DNA of 63,999 bases, counting the filler, from Octopus bimaculoides (Eukaryota), in assembly GCF_001194135.2 (NCBI RefSeq). It is 7 parts of 6 records of this genome, joined end to end, with 100 filler letters (N's around TTAATTAATTAA, not from the genome) between each part and the next. Parts side by side here need not be neighbours in the genome. Positions count along the whole stretch, not along the records: positions 1 to 19,093 come from NC_068988.1; positions 19,194 to 39,960 come from NC_068998.1; 5 more parts are not named here. One strand, given 5' to 3'. The notes under the pieces were generated by a model that worked only from the letters and a program-made list of their open reading frames with translations, was not told where the DNA came from and made no database searches. The first letter of the stretch is position 1. Each line of letters begins with the position of its first letter. Positions 11,799 to 26,180 of this stretch are shown in pieces. The translations under genes and the position numbers were made by a program.

Positions 11799-12017
11799 GA
11801 GTGAGAGAGCAGGGCATGCCATCAAAGTGACACTGGGGTAAAATATACGAAGCCCAGTATACCCATCATGACTACCTGTCTGATAGGGGTACACCAGGTA
11901 CATGCATCACAGCCATATGTGCGTGACATAGTGATCTCATATCAGGGTAAACTGTGCATGACCTTGCAGGCGGGGGCCAGTTAGAATTCTCTTCAGGTCG
12001 AGTAGCCCATCCCGCTC
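11799..12017 (-). mobile_element. (TAA)n-tailed non-coding repeat (LINE 3' UTR or non-autonomous retroelement)
   Basis: Reverse complement of about 16870-17103; further copies at 29502-29622 and 52770-52998; all end in CTCACTC followed by a TAA-type tail. Confidence 0.8.
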
Positions 12018-12026
12018 ATTATTATT

Positions 12027-12087
<61 letters not shown>

Positions 12088-14419
12088 ACATCACTATCAT
12101 TAAGAATCGCCAGACCGTTGGAAGAAATGCTTTGCGGTATTTGTTCCGGCTCTTTTCGACAACTGATGAGGGGTGAGCTTGTCTGTGTCTATTGTATGTA
12201 TATTGTTCCCTGTTGTCTCTATGTTTCTTTGTCGTCTCCCTGTGCCACACTTTTGTTATATACCCACAAATGTATTCACCCATATTTGCATATGTCCATA
12301 GATGTATAAACCCATAGATTTATATACCCATAGAAGTATATTCCCATTAGGCTCCACTAGCTACATTTTTTATGTTTTATGTGATCCATAAACTTTGATT
12401 TTCTTTTTAAGAACGATGAAATCCACAATAATGCTATGTTGCTACGATTTGTCACGATTTCTTATTTACACAATAAACGGATGTTCCATGCAGTTATATG
12501 AGCCTTTTCCCCCTCCAGGTTCTTAGTAATTGTGTAAAAATAGAAAAGGATATTCAATCTTACATATGACATTCAGAGACAGACAATTATATTGAGTATT
12601 GTACGGTACTTCTTAGTATCATTCGTTTGGCTAGTCTTGAGTTTAAGGATGAGGACTATTAAGAAAAATACATATTTCAAAAGTGTCTTGTGAGGTCTTA
12701 TTGCTTCTTTGGGTGGCACTATTCTGTGTCGGTTCTATCGAAACCCCTACAAGACCATTTTAGTGTCTTTTTGCAAAGAGTCTCTTCAATGCTCTTTTTA
12801 TTCGGTGCAATTCTAAATTTTAATTCCTCACACATTTAAATTCTTTATACATAATTAATATTACCGCTGCTGCAATCAGTGGTACACGGTTTCAAATTTC
12901 GTATTCCCTAACCATTTTTATAATCGTCCATTTTCTTACTCTTTGATGTTTAATACAGGTGTTTAGTGTATTATATTTCATGATTACAAACATATGTAAA
13001 AAGTAAATGTCTTTTATATATCCACCATGTGTCAATTCAATCTTTCCTTGTAAACCGTGCACCCATCCTGTTTTAAAACATTTTAATGATCATAGCTTGA
13101 GTTGTTCTATCATTTCCTTTCGGGGTGTCGGCAATGTGATTACAGATATGTCATATAATATTTAGGCAATTTAGTGTAAAACTAGTAACCTCTGTACTTT
13201 CTGACTTGGATTTGCTCAACCAGTTTCTGACTGAGGGCGGTGGTTGATTAGAATGTCCCGAGCTATTTGTTGCAATTCTTTGCACTCTGAGTTCACATCC
13301 CGTTCTATACAGCTTATACAAGCTTAAACGGCAGATCCAAAAGTGCCCCACCACCCATAAAATCATCGTTCTGAGCGGACCGCCTATTTAAGCCCCCACT
13401 CCTACGCTCTGCCCAATAATTCAAAGGTCTGGCTTTCAATTACATGTAGGAAAGTTTGCATCTGAGTGGACTAAATTTCATCTTCCAATACAGAAAATTA
13501 TTCAGTCCCCAACAACTATTATGTCTGTACAAAGAAAAGATAAAATTTAAAAGGTGATCACTACTCCTACTCCTGTTGAAGCCGTAGTAAAGAAAACATG
13601 CAGAAAGGGGACAACACGTCCGTGGACCAGAGTTTGCTTATCAGAGCTTGCTTAAATGTTTGGTCTTCGGGCAGTCTACGTATATAAAACTGACAGACCT
13701 ATGATCAAACACCGTTCCAGTCATGACCGTCGTACTTGTATAGACATTATGTACCGTGGGCTAGAATATCTAATATGTGTTCTCACTAGACAATAGAGTC
13801 AGTGTTTTGAGGGAGATTTTAGCTGCTGTATCATGCTGCATCAAACAAGTCGACCAACTCTTTGCGACTCACCTTAGTGGCCTGCGTGGGCAAAACAGGT
13901 TTTTTAAAACGGATATATGTGCATGTGTGTGTGTGTGTGTGTCTGTGTGTGTGTGTCTGTGTGTGTGTCTCTGTGTGTGAGTGTGTGCATATATATATGT
14001 ATGTACTTAGGTATATATGTATATATGTATATATGTATGTGTGTGTATAATGTATGTATATATTTATATATATACATAAATATATACATACATGCATACA
14101 CACACGCACATATATACATACATACGCATACATAGATGTACATATGTATGTATGATTATATGTATGTATGTTACTGTGTCTTGTGAGGAAGAATATTTTA
14201 ACGTGTCAGACAGGATGGGTAAAAGCGGGGGCCATTTAGAGGCAGTATTTTAGGAGTGGAGAGGTGTTGTGAGGTAAAGGCTGATATAATTCATTAAATA
14301 TCTATGTACGTAGGCACAGCCAGTTAACAAATAAATCCAATGTGCATATACACATACAGGCGAGCATATACATCTTACAAGCATTCATGTATACATTCAC
14401 GAATAAACATTTACGAATA

Positions 14420-14770
14420 GGTGCAGGCGTGGTTCTGCTTCCCAACTACACGGTTCAGTCCCATTGCATGGCATTTTGGGCAAGTGTCTTCTACTATAGC
14501 CTGGGGCCGACCAAAGCCTTGCGAGAGTATTTGGTAGACGTAAACTGAAAGAAGCTCGTCGTATGTGTGTGTATGTGATTGTGTTTGTTCCCTCTTCACC
14601 GTTTGACAACCGGTATTGGTGTGTTTACGTCACCGTAACATAATGGTTCGGCATAAGGGATCGATCAAAAAAAGTACTGGGGGTCGATTCGTTCGACTAA
14701 AATTCTTCAACGCGGTGCTCCAGCATGGCCGCAGTCAAATGACTGAAACGAGTAGAAGAATGAAAGAATA
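14420..14770 (+). mobile_element. SINE, family S2 (GCAGGAGTGGCTGTGTGG...GGTAGACGGAAACTGAAAGAAGCCCGTCG-(TA/TG)n-...GCTCCAGCATGGCCGCAGTCAAATGACTGAAAC)
   Basis: Siblings at 33511-33680, 35962-36416, 39611-39920 and, degenerate, 22325-22455. Confidence 0.8.
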
Positions 14771-15753
14771 TATTCACATATATGAATAAACAACTGTTTA
14801 TATGTGTGTATATATGTGTGTATATATATGTGTGTGTGTGTGAGTGTGTGTGTATGTGTGTGTAGTACATATACATGCCCACACACGTACATACATAGGT
14901 ACACAAACACATAAACACACACATACATATATACATATCTATTTATATATTATATATTTTACGCACAGCAGTTATTATGGGGCACTCCCTTCACCAGCTG
15001 TTATCTTAAGATCACCTTCCGTCACCATCCGTCAGTATCGCCCTCTCTATCGGTACCAAACAGCAGTAATGCCACCCGTTAACATCTGCTATATTTTGGC
15101 CCACACTGTATAACCTGTTTTATATTTCCTCTGTCAACCATGCAACCACTGCACCCACTTGGGTGCAGTTGTAGACGATTTAGCTATGCAACAAGCATTT
15201 CGTTTCAAAACATGATTTGTCAGGTTAGAAACCGGCTCTTTCTCTGTTTGGCAAGAAATCTTGAAATAAAACGGAATGACGTACACACATATACATCATC
15301 TTCATCATCATTTCATCTTCTTTACCCATTTCTTTCTTTCTTCGTACACACTCGCGTGTATTGACGTTTAATTCATTATCAATTATGGATTAAATTATTA
15401 ACTCTTGATTCACTCTCTGACTTACCTTTGAGTTCTTCAATGTTAGCGGCCGAACATAGCTTCTTTGAACTTGTCATCTCGCTGGAATATATCTATATAT
15501 ACATACATGCATACATACGTGCATGCATGCATACATACATACCTATTATTGTTGGAGCAACAGGATACATGCCAACAGGTTTGGAGTAAAGTATTGCTGA
15601 ACTAGGGATCTTGGGATGAGAACACAAATCCTTAATTCATTCGCAACAAATTATCTCATCACGATATCTGGGACTATAAAAATCTGCCAGACGTTCTTAA
15701 GATTTAAAGGATGATGGTTAAAACATCCTTTCTACCAAGTAGGTAGCCGTCAA

Positions 15754-15783
15754 AATAGATAGATAGATAGATAGATAGATAGG

Positions 15784-15837
<54 letters not shown>

Positions 15838-15881
15838 TACATACATACATACATACATACATACATACATACATACATACA
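15754..15881. repeat. (GATA)n(TACA)n tetranucleotide array
   Basis: Seen directly. Confidence 0.95.
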
Positions 15882-16477
<596 letters not shown>

Positions 16478-16499
16478 TAATAAAAATAACAATAATAAT

Positions 16500-17103
16500 G
16501 GATGCCCTGATGCAGTACCAAGCAGTGGCTTCTGATCTTAATTGATTGGAAGTGTTATCATGTACATTGTTTTGTCTTGGTATAAAAGATGGGCTACAGC
16601 ATTTGCTTGTCAGGTGTTTGACCTTAACCAGTTGTGCATGTCCCTTGGTGGCTGACGATATGTGCATCTCTGATCATGAGCAGAAGTAGTGGGGGAGCAT
16701 CATAGCGATGTGTTGAGAGGAATTCTTTGGGGTTTGAANNNNNNNNNNTGATCATGAGCAGAAGTAGTGGGGGAGCATCATAGCGATGTGTTGAGAGGAA
16801 TTCTTTGGGGTTTGAATAATTCACCTTTGGAAACATGGGTGTTTTGCTCAATATCCTTAAACAAACCTTATTTAGGGACCCTTTTGAGCGGAATGGGCTA
16901 CTCGACCTGAAGAAAATTCTAACTGGGTCCCACCTACGAGGTCATGCGCTGTTTATTTTGATAAGAGATCACCATGTCGCGCACATATGTTTGTGATGCA
17001 TGTGCCTGGTGTACCCTTATCAGACGGGTAGTCATGATGGATATATTGGGCTTCGTATATTTTACCCAGTGTCACTTTGATGGCATGCACTGCTTTCTCA
17101 CTC
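16500..17103 (+). mobile_element. Longest copy (about 600 bp) of the (TAA)n-tailed non-coding repeat
   Basis: Flanked by (TAA)n on both sides; matches 11799-12017, 29502-29622 and 52770-52998. Confidence 0.8.
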
Positions 17104-17157
17104 AATAATAATAATAATAATAATAGTGATGATGATGATTTCATTTTTTAAAGTAAT

Positions 17158-17275
17158 TGTTTCTAATTTTGGTACAAAGCCAGCAATTTTAAGGGGATGG
17201 GGCATAATCGAATACAGCGACTCCAGTACATGACTGGTACGTTATGTTACCTACTCCAGAGGCTTTACCTTTCGT
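17158..17275 (-). mobile_element. SINE family S1, 3' fragment
   Basis: tttggtacaaagccagcaatttt is the reverse complement of the S1 tail. Confidence 0.6.
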
Positions 17276-18070
17276 ACTTTTGATGTCAGTTAAGTAAATG
17301 CCAATTGAGTTTGTATGTGTGGGTGAAAATGTGTAGGTATTAATCTTGATTTATGGGTGACCAAACGGTAATTTTGGATTTCCATACATCCATACATTCC
17401 ATTTATCGATTAAGCGCGCGCTCACACACACACACACACACACACACATACGCACACGAACACAATACATACTGATATATATGTGTGTGTGTGTGTATGT
17501 ATACTCATACTTATATAAATGTGAGCGCATGTGTGAATGTACATGTGTGTTTATAGCAGAGAGAGAGAGAAAGACAGAGAATGGGAGAGAGATTGCGAGA
17601 GAGATATAAATTATACACACAAGTAATTTGAGCCTAAATATGTCAGTACATCTAAAAAAGGAAATAAATTTGAATATCAGAGAAGCCTATAATTTATAGT
17701 GAAGATAATAGCGTATCTATATTCATGTATTCCTCTATATGTATGAACGTACGTATAATATGTATGTTTATTTGCACGCACGTACATATGTCTGTATTCA
17801 CGTATGTATGTATGTATGTATGTATGTGTATTCATAAACACATACACACACTCACCTATATATCTTTATTATAATAGAACTTATGTTAGTATATTTACAT
17901 ATGTGACGTAAACGCTATTAGCCTTTCCTCTCAATATTTATCACACCGTTCCTAAGCAAACTCATACCCCACACCACAGATTAAACCAATCATCTTGCTA
18001 AAGGAATAGAAACAGAAAGTATAAGGGATAAGAAAAGAGTGGGAAAGAGAGAGGGAGAGATTTGGGAAAT

Positions 18071-18136
<66 letters not shown>

Positions 18137-18726
18137 ATGAGAGAGATAAAGAGAGGAGAGCGGGAAAGACAAAGGCAGGGAGAGGAGAGTTAGAGAGGGT
18201 TTTTTTTTTATTCTGGCAGACGAGAGTATCGTCTGATTTGTCAAATGTATTGTTACCTTACAACAGTTTTCTCCTCGAAGGTGGCGTCAATGTAAGCTGG
18301 TTGAGGTTCAATATGAAAGCTTCTATATGGAGAGTTGATAATAACAGCGATATCTCCCTCAAATTGTAATATCTAACATTTTAAAGAAACGATAAAACAG
18401 GCAAGAACTCCAGGACTGGAATATATACCATTGTAGATATGTTCGATCATTGCTGATCTGAGGCTAAACAGTAACGACACCACACTGCCTCCACCACCAC
18501 CACCACCACCACCACCACCACCACAGCCGCAACCAACAACAATAACAACACAAACAACAGCAATTACAACATCTATTGAGTCAATAAAGGAAGTTTCCTA
18601 CTTCCCGTGCCGTTTACCTGATGTGCCAAAAATAGCAACCAATTTTCCCTGAAATCACACTTTATTGTCTTCAATTAGGGAACAAGTCATTTGACAAAGT
18701 AGTTTTATATATCCAAGAATAGCAAA

Positions 18727-18783
<57 letters not shown>

Positions 18784-18850
18784 CACTACTACTACTACTA
18801 CTAGTAGTAGTAGTAGTAATAATAATAAGAAAAAGAAGAAGAAGAAAGAG
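18727..18850. repeat. (CTA)n grading into TAG, TAA and GAA
   Basis: Seen directly. Confidence 0.9.
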
Positions 18851-19038
18851 AAGGAAAAGAAGAAGAATATTACACATATACGTATATAAGTTTATATGTG
18901 TGGGTAATCTATGTATGTACTTAGACCTATCTACATACATACGTGTGTGTATACATATATACACGTACAAACTATCACTCGCATGTATTTATATAGATAT
19001 ATATGAATGTACATATATAAATATATATACATACATAC

Positions 19039-19093
<55 letters not shown>

Positions 19094-19193
19094 NNNNNNN
19101 NNNNNNNNNNNNNNNNNNNNNNNNNNNNNNNNNNNNNTTAATTAATTAANNNNNNNNNNNNNNNNNNNNNNNNNNNNNNNNNNNNNNNNNNNN
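19094..19193. other. Artificial 100-bp assembly linker N44-TTAATTAATTAA-N44
   Basis: Identical geometry at six positions. Confidence 0.95.
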
Positions 19194-19276
19194 TATACAT
19201 ATACACACACATACATATATATATATAATATGCATCTACATATATGAATATATATGTGTGTGTGTGTGTCGGTGAG

Positions 19277-19324
<48 letters not shown>

Positions 19325-19858
19325 CCGTGCCACTAAAAGCATTTACCAATGGAAAATCTTCATGCTCACTTCATCGGGGTGGACAAAAAATAGCAGCGTC
19401 ACAGCACAAGACATACACAAGGACTTACGTTAATTAANNNNNNNNNNTAATCGCTTCATGCCAGAGAATGCCTGCGTACGTGTGTGTATATCTGTGTGTG
19501 TGTGTGTGTGTGTGGGTGTGTGTGTGTGCGCATGTGTGGCGATAAGCTGTCACCAATCGGCATTTCACCAATTCTCTCCGACCACAGTCTATCGTCTGTT
19601 TTAATTTTGATAAATAGACAAAAACATTCTTTATTCTCAACACCCATGACCTTCTGCCAGTCATTTCTAACCACACAAGGCTCAGTGGAGAACATAGTAT
19701 CTTTCACCCATCGATAACCTTTCGTACACGAAAACGCAGACACTCCCCATCCTAACACTCGCACACGCACGCGCGTGCCACTTGGATGTGAACTACTAAT
19801 ATACATACATCCATACTAATACATATATATATACACACACACACAAACACACACACAC

Positions 19859-19902
<44 letters not shown>

Positions 19903-20234
19903 NNNNNNNNNNNNNNNNNNNNNNNNNNNNNNNNNNNNNNNNNNNNNNNNNNNNNNNNNNNNNNNNNNNNNNNNNNNNNNNNNNNNNNNNNNNNNNNNNN
20001 NNNNNNNNNNNNNNNNNNNNNNNNNNNNNNNNNNNNNNNNNNNNNNNNNNNNNNNNNNNNNNNNNNNNNNNNNNNNNNNNNNNNNNNNNNNNNNNNNNNN
20101 NNNNNNNNNNNNNNNNNNNNNNNNNNNNNNNNNNNNNNNNNNNNNNNNNNNNNNNNNNNNNNNNNNNNNNNNNNNNNNNNNNNNNNNNNNNNNNNNNNNN
20201 NNNNNNNNNNNNNNNNNNNNNNNNNNNNNNNNNN

Positions 20235-20590
20235 GTAGTATACTTAAAATCAGATGGCCCGAACACATAAGCAATATGGAGCTATGGCAAAGAATGAATC
20301 AAGTTTCGATTAGAGAGCAAATATTTAAGAAAAAGTGGAAGTGGATTGGTAACACAATTAGAAAGGACACACCAAATGTAGCGAAAAGTGCTTTACAGTG
20401 GAATCCGGATGGATATAGAAAGAGGGGTAGGCCTAAGAACTCGTGGCGTAGATCAACACAAAAGGAACTAGAGAAAGGTGGACATTCATGGCAGAGTATA
20501 AGTACAGAAGCGAGAAATTATGCGACATGGAATTCAATTATAAGTGGCCTATACTCCGCGTTGGAGGGTTAAAGGCAAGAAAGAAAGAAA
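20235..20590 (+). mobile_element. RTE-clade LINE 3' end
   Basis: ILKIRWPEHISNMELWQR...KWKWIGNTIR...ALQWNPDGYRKRGRPKNSW...; frame intact to the stop at 20572; short (AAGA)n tail. Confidence 0.88.
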
Positions 20591-20667
20591 GTGTAGTCGA
20601 CCAGCCCCTTCCCTCAAAACTGCTAGCCTCGTGTTAAAGTTTGAAATCTATATATTTTGTCATGAGT

Positions 20668-20885
20668 AAGGTGGAGAGCTGGCAGAAGCGTTAGTACGCC
20701 GGACAAAATGCTTAGCGGCATGTTGTCCGTCTTCACGTTCTGAATTCATAGTTCGCCGAGGTCGACTTTGCATTTCATCCTCTCGGAATCAATAAAATAA
20801 GTGCCAGTTGAACAGTAGGGACGATGTAGTCGACCTTTCCCCCTGCCCTGAAAATGCTGGCCTTGTGTTAAAATCTAAAACCAAT
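20668..20885 (+). mobile_element. SINE, family S1
   Basis: Full length; a second S1 tail fragment lies at 20592-20648. Confidence 0.8.
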
Positions 20886-21380
20886 ATGTTAGTCATGAAT
20901 AGGCCATTATACATACAGAACATTTATATCAACTTTCGTCCAACTGATAGATAAGCATGCAATACTTGTACTGTCTTGTGTTACCATAACCAGAACATTG
21001 CCTGCAAAATGATGGGTAACTTAGGTCATATGCTCTCGCCATCTTGGGTAATAATAGGAAACATGCACATACGATAATTACAATTTAACATTTATGAAAT
21101 TTGTTGGTACTTATACAACAATGATAAAGTAATTTCTAATTTTCGAATGAAATACGCGTATACTATATTTGATACCGTATGAATAATTGAATTTAAACAA
21201 TTTTTCTCATTTGTGTATCTCGTTCCATAATTTCTGTTATTTAACCTTCACCTCCTCCTCTTCGTTCTGTGTCTCAGTTATTGTTTCCCTCCCACTTAAT
21301 ATGTATATGCGTTTGCAAGTGCGTGTGTGTGTATGTATGTGCACGTGTGTGTGTGTGTGTGTGTGTGTGAGTGTGTGTGT

Positions 21381-21421
<41 letters not shown>

Positions 21422-21570
21422 TGTGTGTTTAGCGTTCCTTTCGTCATTGCTTGCAATCAAGCTTATTATGTCCAGTACTAACCCGGCACCTCCTATGTCA
21501 TTTCTTTCTGCTTCTCTCTTATTCTCCATCATTACTCTCTATGCGATGTAAAGTGTGACTGGGGAAGACA

Positions 21571-21592
21571 TCCAACAAACCAACCAACTGTC

Positions 21593-21623
<31 letters not shown>

Positions 21624-21725
21624 ACCACACAACCAACCAACCAACCAACCAAGCGACCGACCGACCGCCGACCGACTGACCGACCAACTAACCGACCGAC
21701 CGAGCAACCAAACAACCAGCCAGCC
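21571..21725. repeat. Compound tetranucleotide array (CAAG)n(CAAC)n(CCGA)n
   Basis: Seen directly. Confidence 0.9.
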
Positions 21726-24700
21726 TGTCCGCAGGCCAGCCAAACAACATTTATATCGTCTATGCTTACATTGAAATTACTACGGAATAAACACTGTAAC
21801 CTAAGGAAACAGATGTTTGAGAATACTTATCTGGATATTCGTTTTTTCAGTCGGCAAATGTGGAGGGTAAGGTGGCACGTAGTCTCACACCCCTGCTTAC
21901 AATTTTCATGTATATCATAAGTTGCTTAAACCTTCCCATATTTTAATTATTACACGTGGACTCCGATTAGCCTCTCAGCCCACACATAACATGCTAAAAC
22001 CAGCAATCATATTTTCATCCAACACATCAATTTTTCACTCCCTATATATAGTCTATGCCTGTGACGGCAGTAATATGGAGGTTGCATTGTCTATAGCAGG
22101 CATATCTTTTGCCTTGTTAGGGTCTCTTAGAAATACCTAATCTTATTCCATTAAATAAAGAATGGGCCAAAAGTAACGATGTCTGGCTGTGTATGTTGCA
22201 ATCTCTAGACATAATCTAGTGTCCACTGCTCTTGTACAGACTTCGTTTGTATATTTTGCGACTTTTGGGGCATCTTGTTTACCTGCTTTTCCCAACAATT
22301 GCCGAATTCCTCCAACATTCAACAGAAGCGGGGTTGGCTGGTAAAAGGTTTGCTTCTGCCCATGGACATGGATCCAGGCTCAAGTGGGTATCGTAGCACC
22401 TTGGGAAAGTGTCTTCAAAGAGTAGTCTGGAAAGAAGCTGAAAGAAACCCGTCATATATATATATATATATATATATANNNNNNNNNNNNNNNNNNNNNN
22501 NNNNNNNNNNNNNNNNNNNNNNNNNNNNNNNNNNNNNNNNNNNNNNNNNNNNNNNNNNNNNNNNNNNNNNNNNNNNNNNNNNNNNNNNNNNNNNNNNNNN
22601 NNNNNNNNNNNNNNNNNNNNNNNNNNNNNNNNNNNNNNNNNNNNNNNNNNNNNNNNNNNNNNNNNNNNNNNNNNNNNNNNNNNNNNNNNNNNNNNNNNNN
22701 NNNNNNNNNNNNNNNNNNNNNNNNNNNNNNNNNNNNNNNNNNNNNNNNNNNNNNNNNNNNNNNNNNNNNNNNNNNNNNNNNNNNNNNNNNNNNNNNNNNN
22801 NNNNNNNNNNNNNNNNNNNNNNNNNNNNNNNNNNNNNNNNNNNNNNNNNNNNNNNNNNNNNNNNNNNNNNNNNNNNNNNNNNNNNNNNNNNNNNNNNNNN
22901 NNNNNNNNNNNNNNNNNNNNNNNNNNNNNNNNNNNNNNNNNNNNNNNNNNNNNNNNNNNNNNNNNNNNNNNNNNNNNNNNNNNNNNNNNNNNNNNNNNNN
23001 NNNNNNNNNNNNNNNNNNNNNNNNNNNNNNNNNNNNNNNNNNNNNNNNNNNNNNNNNNNNNNNNNNNNNNNNNNNNNNNNNNNNNNNNNNNNNNNNNNNN
23101 NNNNNNNNNNNNNNNNNNNNNNNNNNNNNNNNNNNNNNNNNNNNNNNNNNNNNNNNNNNNNNNNNNNNNNNNNNNNNNNNNNNNNNNNNNNNNNNNNNNN
23201 NNNNNNNNNNNNNNNNNNNNNNNNNNNNNNNNNNNNNNNNNNNNNNNNNNNNNNNNNNNNNNNNNNNNNNNNNNNNNNNNNNNNNNNNNNNNNNNNNNNN
23301 NNNNNNNNNNNNNNNNNNNNNNNNNNNNNNNNNNNNNNNNNNNNNNNNNNNNNNNNNNNNNNNNNNNNNTATATATATGGCCCCCGTGGGTAGCTGATGA
23401 AGTAGAATGTTCTCTATGTGGCTCGTTTTTTTTCTCGTCTACGTTTGTTTGCAATGTCCTGTACCCAGATATGCACCTATACATACAGGTGGATGTCGTT
23501 ATGCACATACTTGTACGTATATATGCATATACTCATTTACTATTTGTTTATATATATACATATATATGCAACAAAGTATAAATAATGGTCATTACATATC
23601 TTTACCTTATTAGAGTAAATTTGGCTTACAGATGTTTCCAATTGTAATTATACGTACATTATTATAGGTTTATTTATTATTAAACATGCAGTCTCACAAA
23701 ATTTAACCACCTCCCCGTTCAAAAAACACTGATTGGAACGGGCCAAAGAAACGCAACTCACGCTTTTCTTTTTTCTATATAATTCCTTTCTCATTCTACA
23801 TTTTTTCTTTCACCATTTTTCGTCCTTCCCCATCTTTTCCCAAACACCAACGTCCGTTCTCGTATTTTTCCAATGACCAGCTATGTGGTATAGCTGATTT
23901 TAAACAATTAACACCGAAACAGAGTGAATGCTATACACTCTCGAGTCTAGAGAAACCTTCTTGTTTTTACAGTATGGAATTAATAGTAGTACAGTATGAA
24001 AATAATAGTATGAAACTAAATAGTAGTATTCGAACTGCTTTTTAAATCCCTTTCACAAACATGCACACCGTTTCACGAACTATCAGTCATAGTAAGTGAT
24101 GTTCTTCCAGAATTCAATATTACCCCCACCCCAATTAAGTATTTCACGTTCTCTTAAACGTTTGTGCAGTTCTTATGGTGCCAGCAATTTATGTGTGTAT
24201 GTGTGTGTGTGCGTATGTGTACTAATAAACTTTCGTGCTTCCATCCACAAATCCATCCAACAATCCATCCATCTATCCATCCATCCATCCATCCATCCAT
24301 CTAAACGCTCATCCATATACACACACATCCATATATACATTTATATGTGTGTCTATGTATGTGCGTGCGTGTGTGTGTTTGTCTGTGCACCGGAAGTAAC
24401 AGTCACATGAAGCAAATTTTCTGCAAGGGAATTACAAAAAAAAGAAAGGGGATATTATAAATAATGATGGTAATGATGAGGAAGATGACGATGAACGACG
24501 ATGATGACTATAATAATAATAATAATTATAATAATAATAATGATAATAATAATAATAATAATAATAAAAAACGAGAATAACAACAGCAAAAACAACAATA
24601 CTAAGCGTATTCCTATCATAACTAACATCTGCAATATACTTGTTCAGTATTTTTAGCTTTGCATTTCAATTTTTGAAATTTTCACTTGATTTGGTTTTTT

Positions 24701-25455
24701 TCTTTTAGCAAACGAATCGTTATTTACAATTTAATAAGTGCTCGCAAGCACATGCATACACACATACATACACTATGTTGTATCTCCGCAGCTCTGAGCT
24801 GAAACTACAGTAATATATATATATATATNNNNNNNNNNNNNNNNNNNNNNNNNNNNNNNNNNNNNNNNNNNNNNNNNNNNNNNNNNNNNNNNNNNNNNNN
24901 NNNNNNNNNNNNNNNNNNNNNNNNNNNNNNNNNNNNNNNNNNNNNNNNNNNNNNNNNNNNNNNNNNNNNNNNNNNNNNNNNNNNNNNNNNNNNNNNNNNN
25001 NNNNNNNNNNNNNNNNNNNNNNNNNNNNNNNNNNNNNNNNNNNNNNNNNNNNNNNNNNNNNNNNNNNNNNNNNNNNNNNNNNNNNNNNNNNNNNNNNNNN
25101 NNNNNNNNNNNNNNNNNNNNNNNNNNNNNNNNNNNNNNNNNNNNNNNNNNNNNNNNNNNNNNNNNNNNNNNNNNNNNNNNNNNNNNNNNNNNNNNNNNNN
25201 NNNNNNNNNNNNNNNNNNNNNNNNNNNNNNNNNNNNNNNNNNNNNNNNNNNNNNNNNNNNNNNNNNNNNNNNNNNNNNNNNNNNNNNNNNNNNNNNNNNN
25301 NNNNNNNNNNNNNNNNNNNNNNNNNNNNNNNNNNNNNNNNNNNNNNNNNNNNNNNNNNNNNNNNNNNNNNNNNNNNNNNNNNNNNNNNNNNNNNNNNNNN
25401 NNNNNNNNNNNNNNNNNNNNNNNNNNNNNNNNNNNNNNNNNNNNNNNNNNNNNNN

Positions 25456-25513
<58 letters not shown>

Positions 25514-26119
25514 TATATATTTATATATATATATACTTATATATGTATATATATTTGTATTTATATATGATATGCAAATATGTATTTATGTGTATATGTA
25601 CACACATACAAACCACACAGATAATTATATAACTATTCATAAACGATCCAAAACGTACGCATATCCCCTGTATACACACACACACTCATACATATACATA
25701 AGCATGCATACATACATGCATACATACATACATACACATACATAAAACACATAGAGATATATAAATTCTAGTTAAAAAAGAAACAAAGTTAGGTGGACTG
25801 ATAAATAGACGAAGACACGGAAAAACACAGAGACTACATAGATGCATAGACTGCATGATACACAGATGGACTAAGAGACTGAACGAAATTCACACTGAAA
25901 AACACACGTGGACACATATTAAATATACATATACACAAGTTCATAGACTTATACATATTGTATCGTTTGTAAAACCTCCATCTAACATATATACAAGCAA
26001 AATACTGGTCCTTCTATTTATGTATCGGTGTGTATCTGCGTATGTAGCAAAATCTGTGTACAATCATATACGTGTTTACAGTTGTGCGGATCTGCATCTA
26101 TATATACACGTTTACATCA

Positions 26120-26180
<61 letters not shown>

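Noticed and set aside
12163-12200. Further CTGATGA cores (also 23394 and 57734)
   Set aside because: No paired stem II followed by GAAA.
16671-16816. Exact 68-bp tandem duplication
   Set aside because: The copies flank a 10-N gap, typical of an unmerged contig overlap.
19430-19450. TTAATTAA-N10-TAA as a regulatory palindrome
   Set aside because: Gap-adjacent and resembles the linker motif; uninterpretable.
21851-21866. 16-nt plus-strand microexon with good AG/GT signals
   Set aside because: Isolated, not frame-preserving, and no partner exons identifiable.
22275-23508. ORFs of 300-400 aa here and at 31714-32741 and 36761-37813
   Set aside because: Consist almost entirely of N gaps.
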